Shown: positions 1-7,911 of the stretch, piece after piece | How the letters are laid out: each line of letters opens with the position of its first letter | Position numbering within the stretch: position 1 is the stretch's first letter | From: a virus | Reading direction: 5' to 3' (one strand) | IMG/VR virus record: IMGVR_UViG_3300045988_105766 | DNA length: 46,812 nt | Made by a program: the position numbers and the translations under genes | The notes under the pieces: generated by a model | The model's database searches: none | Seen by the model: only the letters and a program-made list of their open reading frames with translations | What the model was told of the DNA's origin: nothing

Positions 1-58
1 AGAGCGGACGGACCCGAATTAGAAGTATTGTTGAACGCCGACCCACGGATAGGCAACC
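1..58 (-). repeat. DGR template repeat (TR), part lying after the circular junction; nt 1-55 duplicate 46758-46812
   Basis: Exact 55-nt identity of the two window ends. Aligns to VR1 655-712 with differences only at plus-strand T positions. Homology ends after ACC at 56-58. Confidence 0.9.
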
Positions 59-91
59 ACCGTAACTTTGTGATTATTTCCCTATGTATTT

Positions 92-502
92 TTATTTCTG
101 TCTTTCCCTGCTGTTGACCCATTCCGAATAACCGCCTATCATTCGACCGATTTCGTCTACCTTTCGCATCCATACTTCCCAAGTGTGGAAATTCAAACAA
201 GGCTTTTGGTTTGGGTATAGGTTCGGGTCTTTTGCAAGTCTTAGCAGATTTCTTAATACATCAACTTCAATATCCAAATCCTGCAATGTGGTTTTCTTGT
301 GGTACTTCTTTTCAAGTCGCACCGCCATTTCCAACATTGTATACATTGTCTTTCTTATATCGCCTGCAAGTACATACCTCTCCGTTTTCGGAAAGTCCTT
401 TAATTGAGGGTTGCCGTACAATATCATTTCATAAATCTTTTCCTTGATATGAAAAATATCATTGCCGTTATGTTTCTTTTCTTCCTGTTGTATCTCTTCC
501 AC
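92..502 (-). CDS. avd: DGR accessory variability determinant (Avd), small helical-bundle protein
   Basis: 136 aa between VR1 and TR. Has Avd-like motifs (FPKTERYVLAGDIRK, C-terminal EIGRMIGGY). Sits in the canonical target-VR-avd-TR-RT position. Confidence 0.85.
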   Translation of the reverse strand: MEEIQQEEKKHNGNDIFHIKEKIYEMILYGNPQLKDFPKTERYVLAGDIRKTMYTMLEMAVRLEKKYHKKTTLQDLDIEVDVLRNLLRLAKDPNLYPNQKPCLNFHTWEVWMRKVDEIGRMIGGYSEWVNSRERQK

Positions 503-538
503 TTTTGCAACCGCCTAACTGTAATGTATTTGCTATAA

Positions 539-560
539 AGGGCGTGCTATCGCACGCCCT
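539..560 (-). promoter_or_regulatory. GC-rich hairpin downstream of VR1 (DGR target-recognition cruciform candidate)
   Basis: GGGCGTGC-TATC-GCACGCCC: 8-9 bp stem with a 4-nt loop (GATA on the coding strand), about 40 nt 3' of the VR1 end. A paralogous hairpin follows VR2; none follows TR. Confidence 0.7.
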
Positions 561-587
561 ATCAGTTTTTCAGTGTTCAGTTTACAG

Positions 588-1631
588 TTACTCAACAAAA
601 GCGGAGCGGAAACCAATGCTGACGTACGAGTGGGAACGAGGGTTACTCAAGTGGAGAGCGGACGGACCCGAATAAGAAGTACTGTCGAACGCCGACCCAC
701 GGAAAGGCAACCTTTCGCCGTGGCATCTCATCCAAATCTGGTCGTTGCCATATCCCGTTACACCGCTGTCCGGGTATAATCCAAGTGCTATAAGCAACTT
801 CGGAATAGTTACCCCGGAAGCTGCCCCAAGGCTCTTAAATGCAATATTTCTGTAAGTATCTCCACTTGTAGGGAACTCAACCTTTGTATTTACTCTGATT
901 CCTGCGGATGCACTTGCCTGGTCTAACTTTAATGTGCCTGCTGTTCCCGGCTCTACTAAAGTTCCGTCCGGCTTAATCGCTTTCCAAAGTGTGCTTTCCG
1001 CCGACATATCGCAATCAAGTTTCATAGAGTTACCATAAGGGATAATCTGAATTTCTCCGTCCATAAGGCGTAATCCACCGGTCCACTCCCAAAGGTTGCC
1101 GTTAATGTCCGCAATGCCCGACATATCGTGATTGTGATACCATGTAGGCTGTCCGCTTCCTGTAAGCGTTCTCTGTGATTCTCCCTGTGGCATTGTTCCC
1201 CTCTCGTAAGGGTGGTAATAATCCTTGCCGTAGTTTGTGTTTCCGTGTGGTACAGTACCCATTTTCTGTGATAACAGGTTAAGGTACGCAAATACACCTG
1301 TCTGATTTAAGTGCCAACCTGCACCTTTCTTTTTGCAAGCTGCTACAGACTGGTCAAAGTTGATATAGTTTCTAGGCAGGTATCCGCCTAAAGAATATGC
1401 ACGGTCATTTTCTACAATATTGAGGAACTTAGACACATAAATTACGCTCTTTTCCTCTCCGTCCATAATCCAAAACGGTAATGTTTCATCTGTTCCGCCT
1501 GTGATTACATCACTATACTTTGCCTTTGGCACTGCTACCATGATGCTAGGCATCCCGGTATCATCAAAAATTACCTTGTTGTTTGCACCAAACTGTGCTA
1601 CTGCACCCTGTAAATCGTCAAAGTTTGCCAT
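588..1631 (-). CDS. DGR variable protein 1 (Mtd-like, C-type lectin / FGE-sulfatase-modifying-factor fold), probable receptor-binding tail fibre protein
   Basis: 347 aa with GWHL, GNLWEWTGG and C-terminal FRGSAF...GFRSAF motifs. VR1 occupies the last 37 codons. It is the last gene of the tail-fibre module. Confidence 0.9.
   Translation of the reverse strand: MANFDDLQGAVAQFGANNKVIFDDTGMPSIMVAVPKAKYSDVITGGTDETLPFWIMDGEEKSVIYVSKFLNIVENDRAYSLGGYLPRNYINFDQSVAACKKKGAGWHLNQTGVFAYLNLLSQKMGTVPHGNTNYGKDYYHPYERGTMPQGESQRTLTGSGQPTWYHNHDMSGIADINGNLWEWTGGLRLMDGEIQIIPYGNSMKLDCDMSAESTLWKAIKPDGTLVEPGTAGTLKLDQASASAGIRVNTKVEFPTSGDTYRNIAFKSLGAASGVTIPKLLIALGLYPDSGVTGYGNDQIWMRCHGERLPFRGSAFDSTSYSGPSALHLSNPRSHSYVSIGFRSAFVE
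600..712 (-). repeat. DGR variable repeat 1 (VR1)
   Basis: 113-nt alignment to TR. The 10 mismatches (619, 622, 626, 632, 646, 653, 674, 682, 686, 704) all fall at plus-strand T of TR, i.e. A on the coding strand. Confidence 0.95.
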
Positions 1632-1652
1632 TGTATTTTATCCTCCTTAAAA

Positions 1653-2003
1653 TTAAATTAACGCCCATAATACAAGCGTACATTTCTTCATATCAAACGG
1701 TACAGGTTCACGCTTCGTAATCGTTTTTCCGTCCTCGTCCTTTTCTCCTGTATCCACAATCTCATATCCCCTTGCCGGGATAATGACCTGTGCCACATAC
1801 TCCCTTGCTTCGGTATTTACGCCAACGGTTAAGCCGTCCTGTGTGTCCTTGCAAATATCAAGCGTTACCTCTTCGTCACGCTCTCGGTTCTTGATGTTTA
1901 CCATTAAATCATCATCCCCGAAAATAATTTTTGTTGTGGATACGTCATAGGCGATTTTCTCGCCCTCGTTTTTCTCAACTACAATAATCTTTGCTGCTGC
2001 CAT
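1653..2003 (-). CDS. hypothetical protein (tail-fibre module)
   Basis: 116-aa ORF tightly packed between the fibre gene and the DGR target; SD-like sequence upstream. Confidence 0.55.
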   Translation of the reverse strand: MAAAKIIVVEKNEGEKIAYDVSTTKIIFGDDDLMVNIKNRERDEEVTLDICKDTQDGLTVGVNTEAREYVAQVIIPARGYEIVDTGEKDEDGKTITKREPVPFDMKKCTLVLWALI

Positions 2004-2176
2004 TATCTGTTACCTCCCATTCTTCTTAATTCTCTATAGGCTTCCTGTGAACGCACCGCAATGTGTTCTGCTGCTTCTCTCTGTGATGCTGTGGCATTAC
2101 CTCTTACTCCGTAAGCCTGTAATACTGCTGCCGTATTTGCCTTTCTTTCATCACTTTTGATAATTACATTTGCCAT
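2003..2176 (-). CDS. hypothetical small protein
   Basis: Start moved to MANVII (ATG 2176) with GGAGG 8 nt upstream. TAATG overlap with the upstream stop. Confidence 0.5.
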   Translation of the reverse strand: MANVIIKSDERKANTAAVLQAYGVRGNATASQREAAEHIAVRSQEAYRELRRMGGNR

Positions 2177-2670
2177 TATGCGTAACCTCCCTGTACTGTG
2201 CATTTTACCGTTACTTCCTTGGCGGCCCCGGTATACTCAATCTTGAATCCGTTTAACTGCTTATCCGTAATACGGATTTCTCCTACACCGCCTGCGTCCT
2301 TTGCTTCCGCTTCAACATTTACGGTATAGTCCAAATTGCCCCTTGGTGTGGTAAGTGCAAGGGTCTTTTTGGAATTGTTAAAAGGGTATGATTTTGTATT
2401 GGTAAGGGTTGCTTCTACAATCTCTCCCTGTAATCCCTTAATCCTGCTTTCTGCTGCACCAAGTTTAAGCATTGCAAGATTGGCGATTAACCCGGCTGAT
2501 AATACCCTCTCTTCCAAATCGTTAAAGTTCTGTGCGTTCTGTGGTGTACCCTCCTGCACTACTTCGCCCTCTACGGCTTCGTGTGTGATTGTACCGTCTG
2601 CGTTCTGCACTTCCCTGTAGCGGTTGGAATACTGCGTTACATGGTCTTTCCAAATCTTAAATAATCCCAT
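2176..2670 (-). CDS. putative tail fibre / fibre-associated protein
   Basis: 164-aa ORF downstream of the baseplate gpI-like gene. The call rests on position only. Confidence 0.5.
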   Translation of the reverse strand: MGLFKIWKDHVTQYSNRYREVQNADGTITHEAVEGEVVQEGTPQNAQNFNDLEERVLSAGLIANLAMLKLGAAESRIKGLQGEIVEATLTNTKSYPFNNSKKTLALTTPRGNLDYTVNVEAEAKDAGGVGEIRITDKQLNGFKIEYTGAAKEVTVKCTVQGGYA

Positions 2671-2675
2671 TTGCT

Positions 2676-2981
2676 CTATTCCTCCTTAAAATTAAAACTG
2701 AATCGGTACAACACGCCCTGTTGTGTACCTTTTAATTTGATTGCTTCGCTCTTTTCCGCCCACAACTTACTAGCCGTATCGTACAACTGAATTTTCGTAA
2801 TTGTTGTGGTCCCCGATACTTCCGGGGTAATGGAAATACTCAACGCTACCCTGCCGTCTTTTAAACGTTCTCTTGTTAAGATTTTCGCCTTGTGCATAGT
2901 ACCGCCATACTCGACCATAGCGTAAGCAATGTTGGTTTCTACAAACTGCTTGAAACTCTCTAAGGCTCTTTCTGTCAGCAT
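2676..2981 (-). CDS. hypothetical protein (tail module)
   Basis: 101-aa ORF in operon-like packing. Confidence 0.5.
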   Translation of the reverse strand: MLTERALESFKQFVETNIAYAMVEYGGTMHKAKILTRERLKDGRVALSISITPEVSGTTTITKIQLYDTASKLWAEKSEAIKLKGTQQGVLYRFSFNFKEE

Positions 2982-3008
2982 TTCTTTACTCTCCTTTACT
3001 TTTATTTG

Positions 3009-4232
3009 CTATAACCGATTCTTACCGCAACGCTTTACCTCGTATTGGTAGCTTTCGGTTTCTGCCGTGGTTGCCATTCCCTTATCAGATATTCCGGGTT
3101 TTGTGTTTGTATAAGGTTCTGTACCTGTTTTCTTCTGTCCTGTCATATCTGTTTCATAAGGGTATTGTTCTGTTTCGGTGTCTGCCACCGTCTGTATATC
3201 TCTGTCCTTTACAGTTACCGCCCTGTCGGGTGCTGTTCCTACAAATATGCTTTCAAACGGATAGGCTTGCACTTCTGTTTCTCCAACTGCTGCCACATCC
3301 GCCGTTTGATACTGTATATTTCTATCCGGCTTTGTTCCTGCAAGTTCTGAATCAAACTTATATGCCTGCCCTGTAGCCTGTGCGGTTATTCCCTCCTGTG
3401 CTACACCTCCCGCCGTGTTTCTCTGCGGTATCGTTCCGGCTTTTGCCTGTCCTGTCTGATTGCTCGTATATTGGTATCCCATTGTGTCCGATTCGGTCAC
3501 AATCTCGGTATCCTTTGTTGCAAATGTAATATTCCTGTCCGGCTTCGTTCCTGTCGGTGTAAATTCTGCCGTATATCCCGCTGCCTGTGTCATTACATCT
3601 ATGACCGTATTTTCAACCGCACCAACCGTATTTCTGTGTGGTTCTGTTCCTGCCTTTAATTGCCCTGTCATAGGCACGGAATATAGCCAAAATTCCGTTT
3701 TAGGCATTACTACCACAGTAATAGACCCTTGGTAATAAAGACCGTCTAAATGAGCCGTTAAACGCTTGTATATGTCAACCGTCTTTATAATCTCGTCATA
3801 GTCTGCTGCAACCCTTGATTCTGTCGTATCAAGTACAATACGGAATCTGTACGGCTTTCCTCCGTAGTCGAACCACTCTTCTATCTCACTCTTTGGGTGT
3901 ATTCCACCCAAAGCCATTTCAACGGCTGCCTTTGTGCCTAATTTCTGATGCACTCTTACGCTATCCCGGATAATCGCCCTTTTCGCTTCTATCGGGTAAT
4001 CGTAATCGTACCAATCTACATGGAGGTCATACGCCAATACATCAAGCCACGTTTCCGATAACTCGTTTATATTGGCATATATGATATTCTTTTTTGTCTG
4101 CTCTACTGTTTGGTGCAGTTCGTCCGCTATGAGCCGACCCAACGCAACCATTTTTTCATCCTTTTTCAAGGCGGGCGGAAATGTTGCGTAAAAATCGGCA
4201 TCTTTTAAACTATTCATCTTCGACCCCTCCAA
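3009..4232 (-). CDS. baseplate/tail protein, P2 gpI-like N-terminus with a repeat-rich C-terminal half
   Basis: 407 aa, follows the gpJ-like gene. The C-terminal half carries alternating degenerate repeats (TGQxKAGTxPxRNTxG x3 and GTKPDRNI-like x3). Confidence 0.65.
   Translation of the reverse strand: MEGSKMNSLKDADFYATFPPALKKDEKMVALGRLIADELHQTVEQTKKNIIYANINELSETWLDVLAYDLHVDWYDYDYPIEAKRAIIRDSVRVHQKLGTKAAVEMALGGIHPKSEIEEWFDYGGKPYRFRIVLDTTESRVAADYDEIIKTVDIYKRLTAHLDGLYYQGSITVVVMPKTEFWLYSVPMTGQLKAGTEPHRNTVGAVENTVIDVMTQAAGYTAEFTPTGTKPDRNITFATKDTEIVTESDTMGYQYTSNQTGQAKAGTIPQRNTAGGVAQEGITAQATGQAYKFDSELAGTKPDRNIQYQTADVAAVGETEVQAYPFESIFVGTAPDRAVTVKDRDIQTVADTETEQYPYETDMTGQKKTGTEPYTNTKPGISDKGMATTAETESYQYEVKRCGKNRL
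3483..3501. repeat. 19-bp near-palindrome copy A (TGTGTCCGATTCGGTCACA)
   Basis: Inside the gpI-like CDS; reads VTESDT on the minus strand. Confidence 0.8.
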
Positions 4233-5361
4233 AGGTTACGGTACACTTTTTCAATACCGCAACGCTTCCCTTTGGTATCTCCGTGAATACAGGTTTTTTA
4301 ATATCCGCCCTCTTTATGCCCGAATCCATAAGGATTGCATAAAAATAGGACGGGTTAATATCCCGCCCCATTTTAGAGGTCTGCCATAATTCGTAGCTTT
4401 CCACCGCCAAATCAACCGCCCTTTTGATTTCTTTGGTGCTTGCTTCCTTGTCTTTTGGTATGTAATATGTTAATTCAATATCAAAATCAACCGTTGTCGG
4501 TGCTGCGACCGTTACCTTATCCGTCATAGGTCTTATATCATCTGCACTTAAATATGCCTGCACCTCTTTTATAAGTTCCTCGCTCGGCAACTCTCCGCCA
4601 TATAGCATTATCCTTATATCTGCTACTCCGTCCTGCGGACTTTCTGCGGATACATCACTTATTTGTGAGGATACCGCCTTAGCGTGATATATATAACTCC
4701 CTCTCGGTCCGGCGGTAGTGTAGCTTTCTTCGGATTCTCTCATACGGTTGTAATATGCGGTATCGCTTTCTTCTCCGCTTCCCCCGGCTGTTTCTGTTGT
4801 GTTTGCCACTTCCTTAAAATATAAAAATTCCTCTGTAACAAGTCTGCTTACCTGTCCGGGTGTAAAGCCGTTTCCGTCCTCTCCTAATGTCGTGCATACC
4901 GCTTCTACCTCTGCGTATGTTTCTCCTGCTGGGAATGTCAAGTATCCCGTTGTCACAAAGTTTATGTATCCGTCTACCGTTACCTCGATTTCATCCGTTA
5001 TCACATACTCCTTATCAAGTGCCGTTGTAATACTGAATCCAAGCGTTGTCCTTGCTGCCGTAGGCTGTAGCCTGTATGTGTTATGGAATATTTCACTTAA
5101 TGAATCTAAATTTTGCCCTGTGGCATATCTTGGTAAGTTCTGTTTTGCCGATTCGTTGATATTTACCCTTTCCTGTATGATTACACTTGCAAGCCAAAGG
5201 ATAAACGCTCTTACAGGGTCGGCAGGGTATAAGGTTCTGCCTGTAATCTCTTCGTATCCGGCTATCAGTTTATTTACAAGTGCTTCCGTATCGGTATCCA
5301 CAAACTCAACCTCGGGTAACTCACTCGGTATATTCCTCGTCGTATTCGTCATATTCGCCAT
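4210..5361 (-). CDS. baseplate J-like protein
   Basis: 383 aa, with size and position typical of P2 gpJ / PBSX XkdT between the gpW-like and gpI-like genes. Confidence 0.75.
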   Translation of the reverse strand: MANMTNTTRNIPSELPEVEFVDTDTEALVNKLIAGYEEITGRTLYPADPVRAFILWLASVIIQERVNINESAKQNLPRYATGQNLDSLSEIFHNTYRLQPTAARTTLGFSITTALDKEYVITDEIEVTVDGYINFVTTGYLTFPAGETYAEVEAVCTTLGEDGNGFTPGQVSRLVTEEFLYFKEVANTTETAGGSGEESDTAYYNRMRESEESYTTAGPRGSYIYHAKAVSSQISDVSAESPQDGVADIRIMLYGGELPSEELIKEVQAYLSADDIRPMTDKVTVAAPTTVDFDIELTYYIPKDKEASTKEIKRAVDLAVESYELWQTSKMGRDINPSYFYAILMDSGIKRADIKKPVFTEIPKGSVAVLKKCTVTFGGVEDE

Positions 5362-5668
5362 TTACTTCTACCTCCACTTTAGGTTTTAATATGCCCCTTT
5401 CGTAGTCTGTCGTAAAATCTATACTTACAATCTCTGCTCTCGGCTCATATTCTCCGATTTTGTCATAAATATCTGCCGTTGCAAGTGCCGTTGCTGTTGT
5501 AATCGGTTTATCTATGTAAGCTGCATTTAATCCAAACTCACGGTTAAGCGGTATGTCATATTCTAACGAGGATAGCAAAAACCAAACATTTTGTATTACT
5601 TCCTCGTATAGTGTTTGAGGTGCAAGGTTTATAGGCTGTTCCTGTGCGGTATCTATCGTAAAACTCAT
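5321..5668 (-). CDS. baseplate wedge protein, gpW/gp25-like
   Basis: 115 aa with an acidic tail, immediately upstream of the gpJ-like gene. Confidence 0.65.
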   Translation of the reverse strand: MSFTIDTAQEQPINLAPQTLYEEVIQNVWFLLSSLEYDIPLNREFGLNAAYIDKPITTATALATADIYDKIGEYEPRAEIVSIDFTTDYERGILKPKVEVEVNGEYDEYDEEYTE

Positions 5669-5682
5669 TCCTGCCTGCCTTT

Positions 5683-6081
5683 CTACCTCTTTGCGTACTG
5701 TTCAAGCGATAAGGTGCTTTTGGCTATCAACAGGTTTCCTTGATTATCGAATTTCTCATAATCTTTTGTATGTCCTATGATAACCCATTGGCTGCCGTAT
5801 TTCTTACCGCCGATAACAAGCGTAAGGATTTTTCCTTTCTTTCTGTACTTGTCTATTTTGTTCTGCATTTTCTTGGGATTTACCCCAAGAAATGCGGATA
5901 GATAAATGGTAAGGCTCGCCGTGTCTGCATCATTGTATTGAAACTCTAATAACGGCTTTTTAAGATGCCTTGTGTGTTTTGCATAATTGGTTTTACTGTC
6001 TATCTTCAAATCGTCAAAGGTTCTTACCTTATTTGCCGATACCTTAAAGACAATATCCCCAAGTGTTCCAATCTCTGCCAT
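5683..6081 (-). CDS. tail protein, P2 gpU-like
   Basis: Start set at MAEIGTLGDIVF (ATG 6081, TAATG overlap with the upstream stop). Sequence pattern resembles the GpU family. Confidence 0.55.
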   Translation of the reverse strand: MAEIGTLGDIVFKVSANKVRTFDDLKIDSKTNYAKHTRHLKKPLLEFQYNDADTASLTIYLSAFLGVNPKKMQNKIDKYRKKGKILTLVIGGKKYGSQWVIIGHTKDYEKFDNQGNLLIAKSTLSLEQYAKR

Positions 6082-6362
6082 TAGATACCTCCTATAACAA
6101 AACCGTCCCCCTCTCCGTCCGGCTTGAATATGCACAATACCCATTGCCCTACGGTTGGAATCCAAGGTTTTACTTTAATCTTGCATCCTATTTCACATTC
6201 CACGGTTGGCGGTCGTTTTACAATCCTTAAATCTCCTGTAACTATGCCCTGGTCCGGAATCTGTACCCTTGCGGTCATTTCTCCGGCGTTTACCTTACTT
6301 ACCTGTCCGATTCTTACAATATCTTTTAGTTCCTGCATATCTGTACTGCTGAATCCTGCCAT
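6081..6362 (-). CDS. small baseplate spike/assembly protein (gpV-like)
   Basis: 93 aa between the gpD-like and gpU-like genes. Confidence 0.5.
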   Translation of the reverse strand: MAGFSSTDMQELKDIVRIGQVSKVNAGEMTARVQIPDQGIVTGDLRIVKRPPTVECEIGCKIKVKPWIPTVGQWVLCIFKPDGEGDGFVIGGI

Positions 6363-7694
6363 TTAATACCCCTCCAACACGCTACGCAACTTTATCTGTA
6401 CCTTGTATCCGCCTGTGATACTATGTTGTGCCTGTTCTACTATGTACTTTCCGTCAAATTCTCCGTATCCGTATACAGTTACGGTTATGCCTGCCACATA
6501 GTCCACATCCCCGACTAAGGTAAATTCCGCTGTTGTTTCGCCTTTATTTCTCTGTCGCAACTGGCACTTTGCTAACTCCAACGCTTCCGCTTGGCTTGTT
6601 ACCTTATGCTTAAATTCGTATGTCTGTCCGTCCGGGTCTGCTCCCGGTGCTGTGTATGTAGCTTCAATAGTTTTCTTTGTGTTCGGGTCTGTATATGATA
6701 CATGGCATTTTGAATAGGATGTATCTGCCGTTTTTGTAGAAAAACTATAGCTTAATATATTTCCTTTCCCTGCCTTTATCTTTTTAACGGATGATTTCTT
6801 TTCATAATCTGCTTCGTCAAAAAGAACAATGGTTTTTGATGTAACCTTTAAGGAAATACCTGCATTTTTGCATAGCTTTTTCAAAAAAACTATATCCGCC
6901 GTGTTTACCTGCTCTTTTCTCTTGTAGCTTGGGTTGTGGCTTGAAAGATACATTACTTTCATACTGTTACCCTTGCCTATCTTTTCTGCTATATTTTTAA
7001 GATTGGTATTCTCCCAAGTCTTAGATTTCTTTTCCTGCCGTAACTTTGTACTGTACGGTATTGATGTAGCCTTTATGGTTAATTTCTGCGGTGGTCCTTG
7101 ATAACTCACGCTGTCAATCTCAAATTTTCCGCAATCTAATACCTTATCTTTTCCGTCTGAATACGGATTTTTTTGTATTACAATAGCGTGTATCTCCGTA
7201 CCCTTAAATGCTTTCTTTTCCTTAATCACGGTCGTTTTTGTTGTGGTTGTTGCCTGTCCTCCCTCCACGTCTGAAGCATTGCACCAACCGTATACCCTTT
7301 GTCCGTCCTGTGATATAAGATGATATGGGTGTGCGTTGTGATTCGCTATTGTGCATTTACAGGTGCTTGCACCCCTGTTTACTGTCGGTTCTGCTGCCAT
7401 AGAGGATATATATACCGGTCCGCCCTTGAATTTCACAATAGCACCTACCTTTATCTCTCCACCGCCTGTAGTAACCGTTTCTGTTTTCGTTTTTACCGCT
7501 TTGCTCGTATTGAGCCAATCTTTAATCCATTTACCCTCCCTATCGTCCAAGGATAGGCTTATATCGTCCGTTTCGTCCTCTTCTTTGTCTGTAAAGGACA
7601 GGGATAACAGATACTTGGATAATTCCTTGGATATATCTGCACCCTTAAAGTACAGTTTTACCACGGTACGCCTTGCGTAGTTCTTATTACTCAC
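6363..7694 (-). CDS. tail/baseplate hub protein, gpD / XkdQ-like, with an inserted SH3-like module
   Basis: 443 aa with a late-control-D-like C-terminal half. Residues ~83-150 match the repeat module of the 42392-43519 protein. Confidence 0.7.
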   Translation of the reverse strand: MSNKNYARRTVVKLYFKGADISKELSKYLLSLSFTDKEEDETDDISLSLDDREGKWIKDWLNTSKAVKTKTETVTTGGGEIKVGAIVKFKGGPVYISSMAAEPTVNRGASTCKCTIANHNAHPYHLISQDGQRVYGWCNASDVEGGQATTTTKTTVIKEKKAFKGTEIHAIVIQKNPYSDGKDKVLDCGKFEIDSVSYQGPPQKLTIKATSIPYSTKLRQEKKSKTWENTNLKNIAEKIGKGNSMKVMYLSSHNPSYKRKEQVNTADIVFLKKLCKNAGISLKVTSKTIVLFDEADYEKKSSVKKIKAGKGNILSYSFSTKTADTSYSKCHVSYTDPNTKKTIEATYTAPGADPDGQTYEFKHKVTSQAEALELAKCQLRQRNKGETTAEFTLVGDVDYVAGITVTVYGYGEFDGKYIVEQAQHSITGGYKVQIKLRSVLEGY

Positions 7695-7911
7695 TTACCG
7701 TTACCCCCTGTTTCCACGGTGGCAGGGATTCCGATACCGTTAATTCAATTTCCGGCAAGGTCAATACAACCCCTGCTGGAAAAATATAGGTATCTTTATA
7801 CTCAATATTCGCCTTAATAAGAGTATCCATATACATTTCATTGCCATAGGCTTTATAAGCTACAATATCCCAAGTATCCCCGGATACCGTTGTATAAGTG
7901 TTATTAAGCAT
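7687..7911 (-). CDS. LysM-like tail protein X (XkdP-like)
   Basis: 74 aa with YTTVSGDTWDIVAYKAYG, directly after the tape measure gene. Confidence 0.7.
   Translation of the reverse strand: MLNNTYTTVSGDTWDIVAYKAYGNEMYMDTLIKANIEYKDTYIFPAGVVLTLPEIELTVSESLPPWKQGVTVSE

Noticed and set aside
1-58. A second, separate template repeat at the start of the window, implying two TRs.
   Set aside because: Nt 1-55 are an exact duplicate of 46758-46812 and the gene order is continuous across the join. This is one TR split by a circular-assembly overlap.
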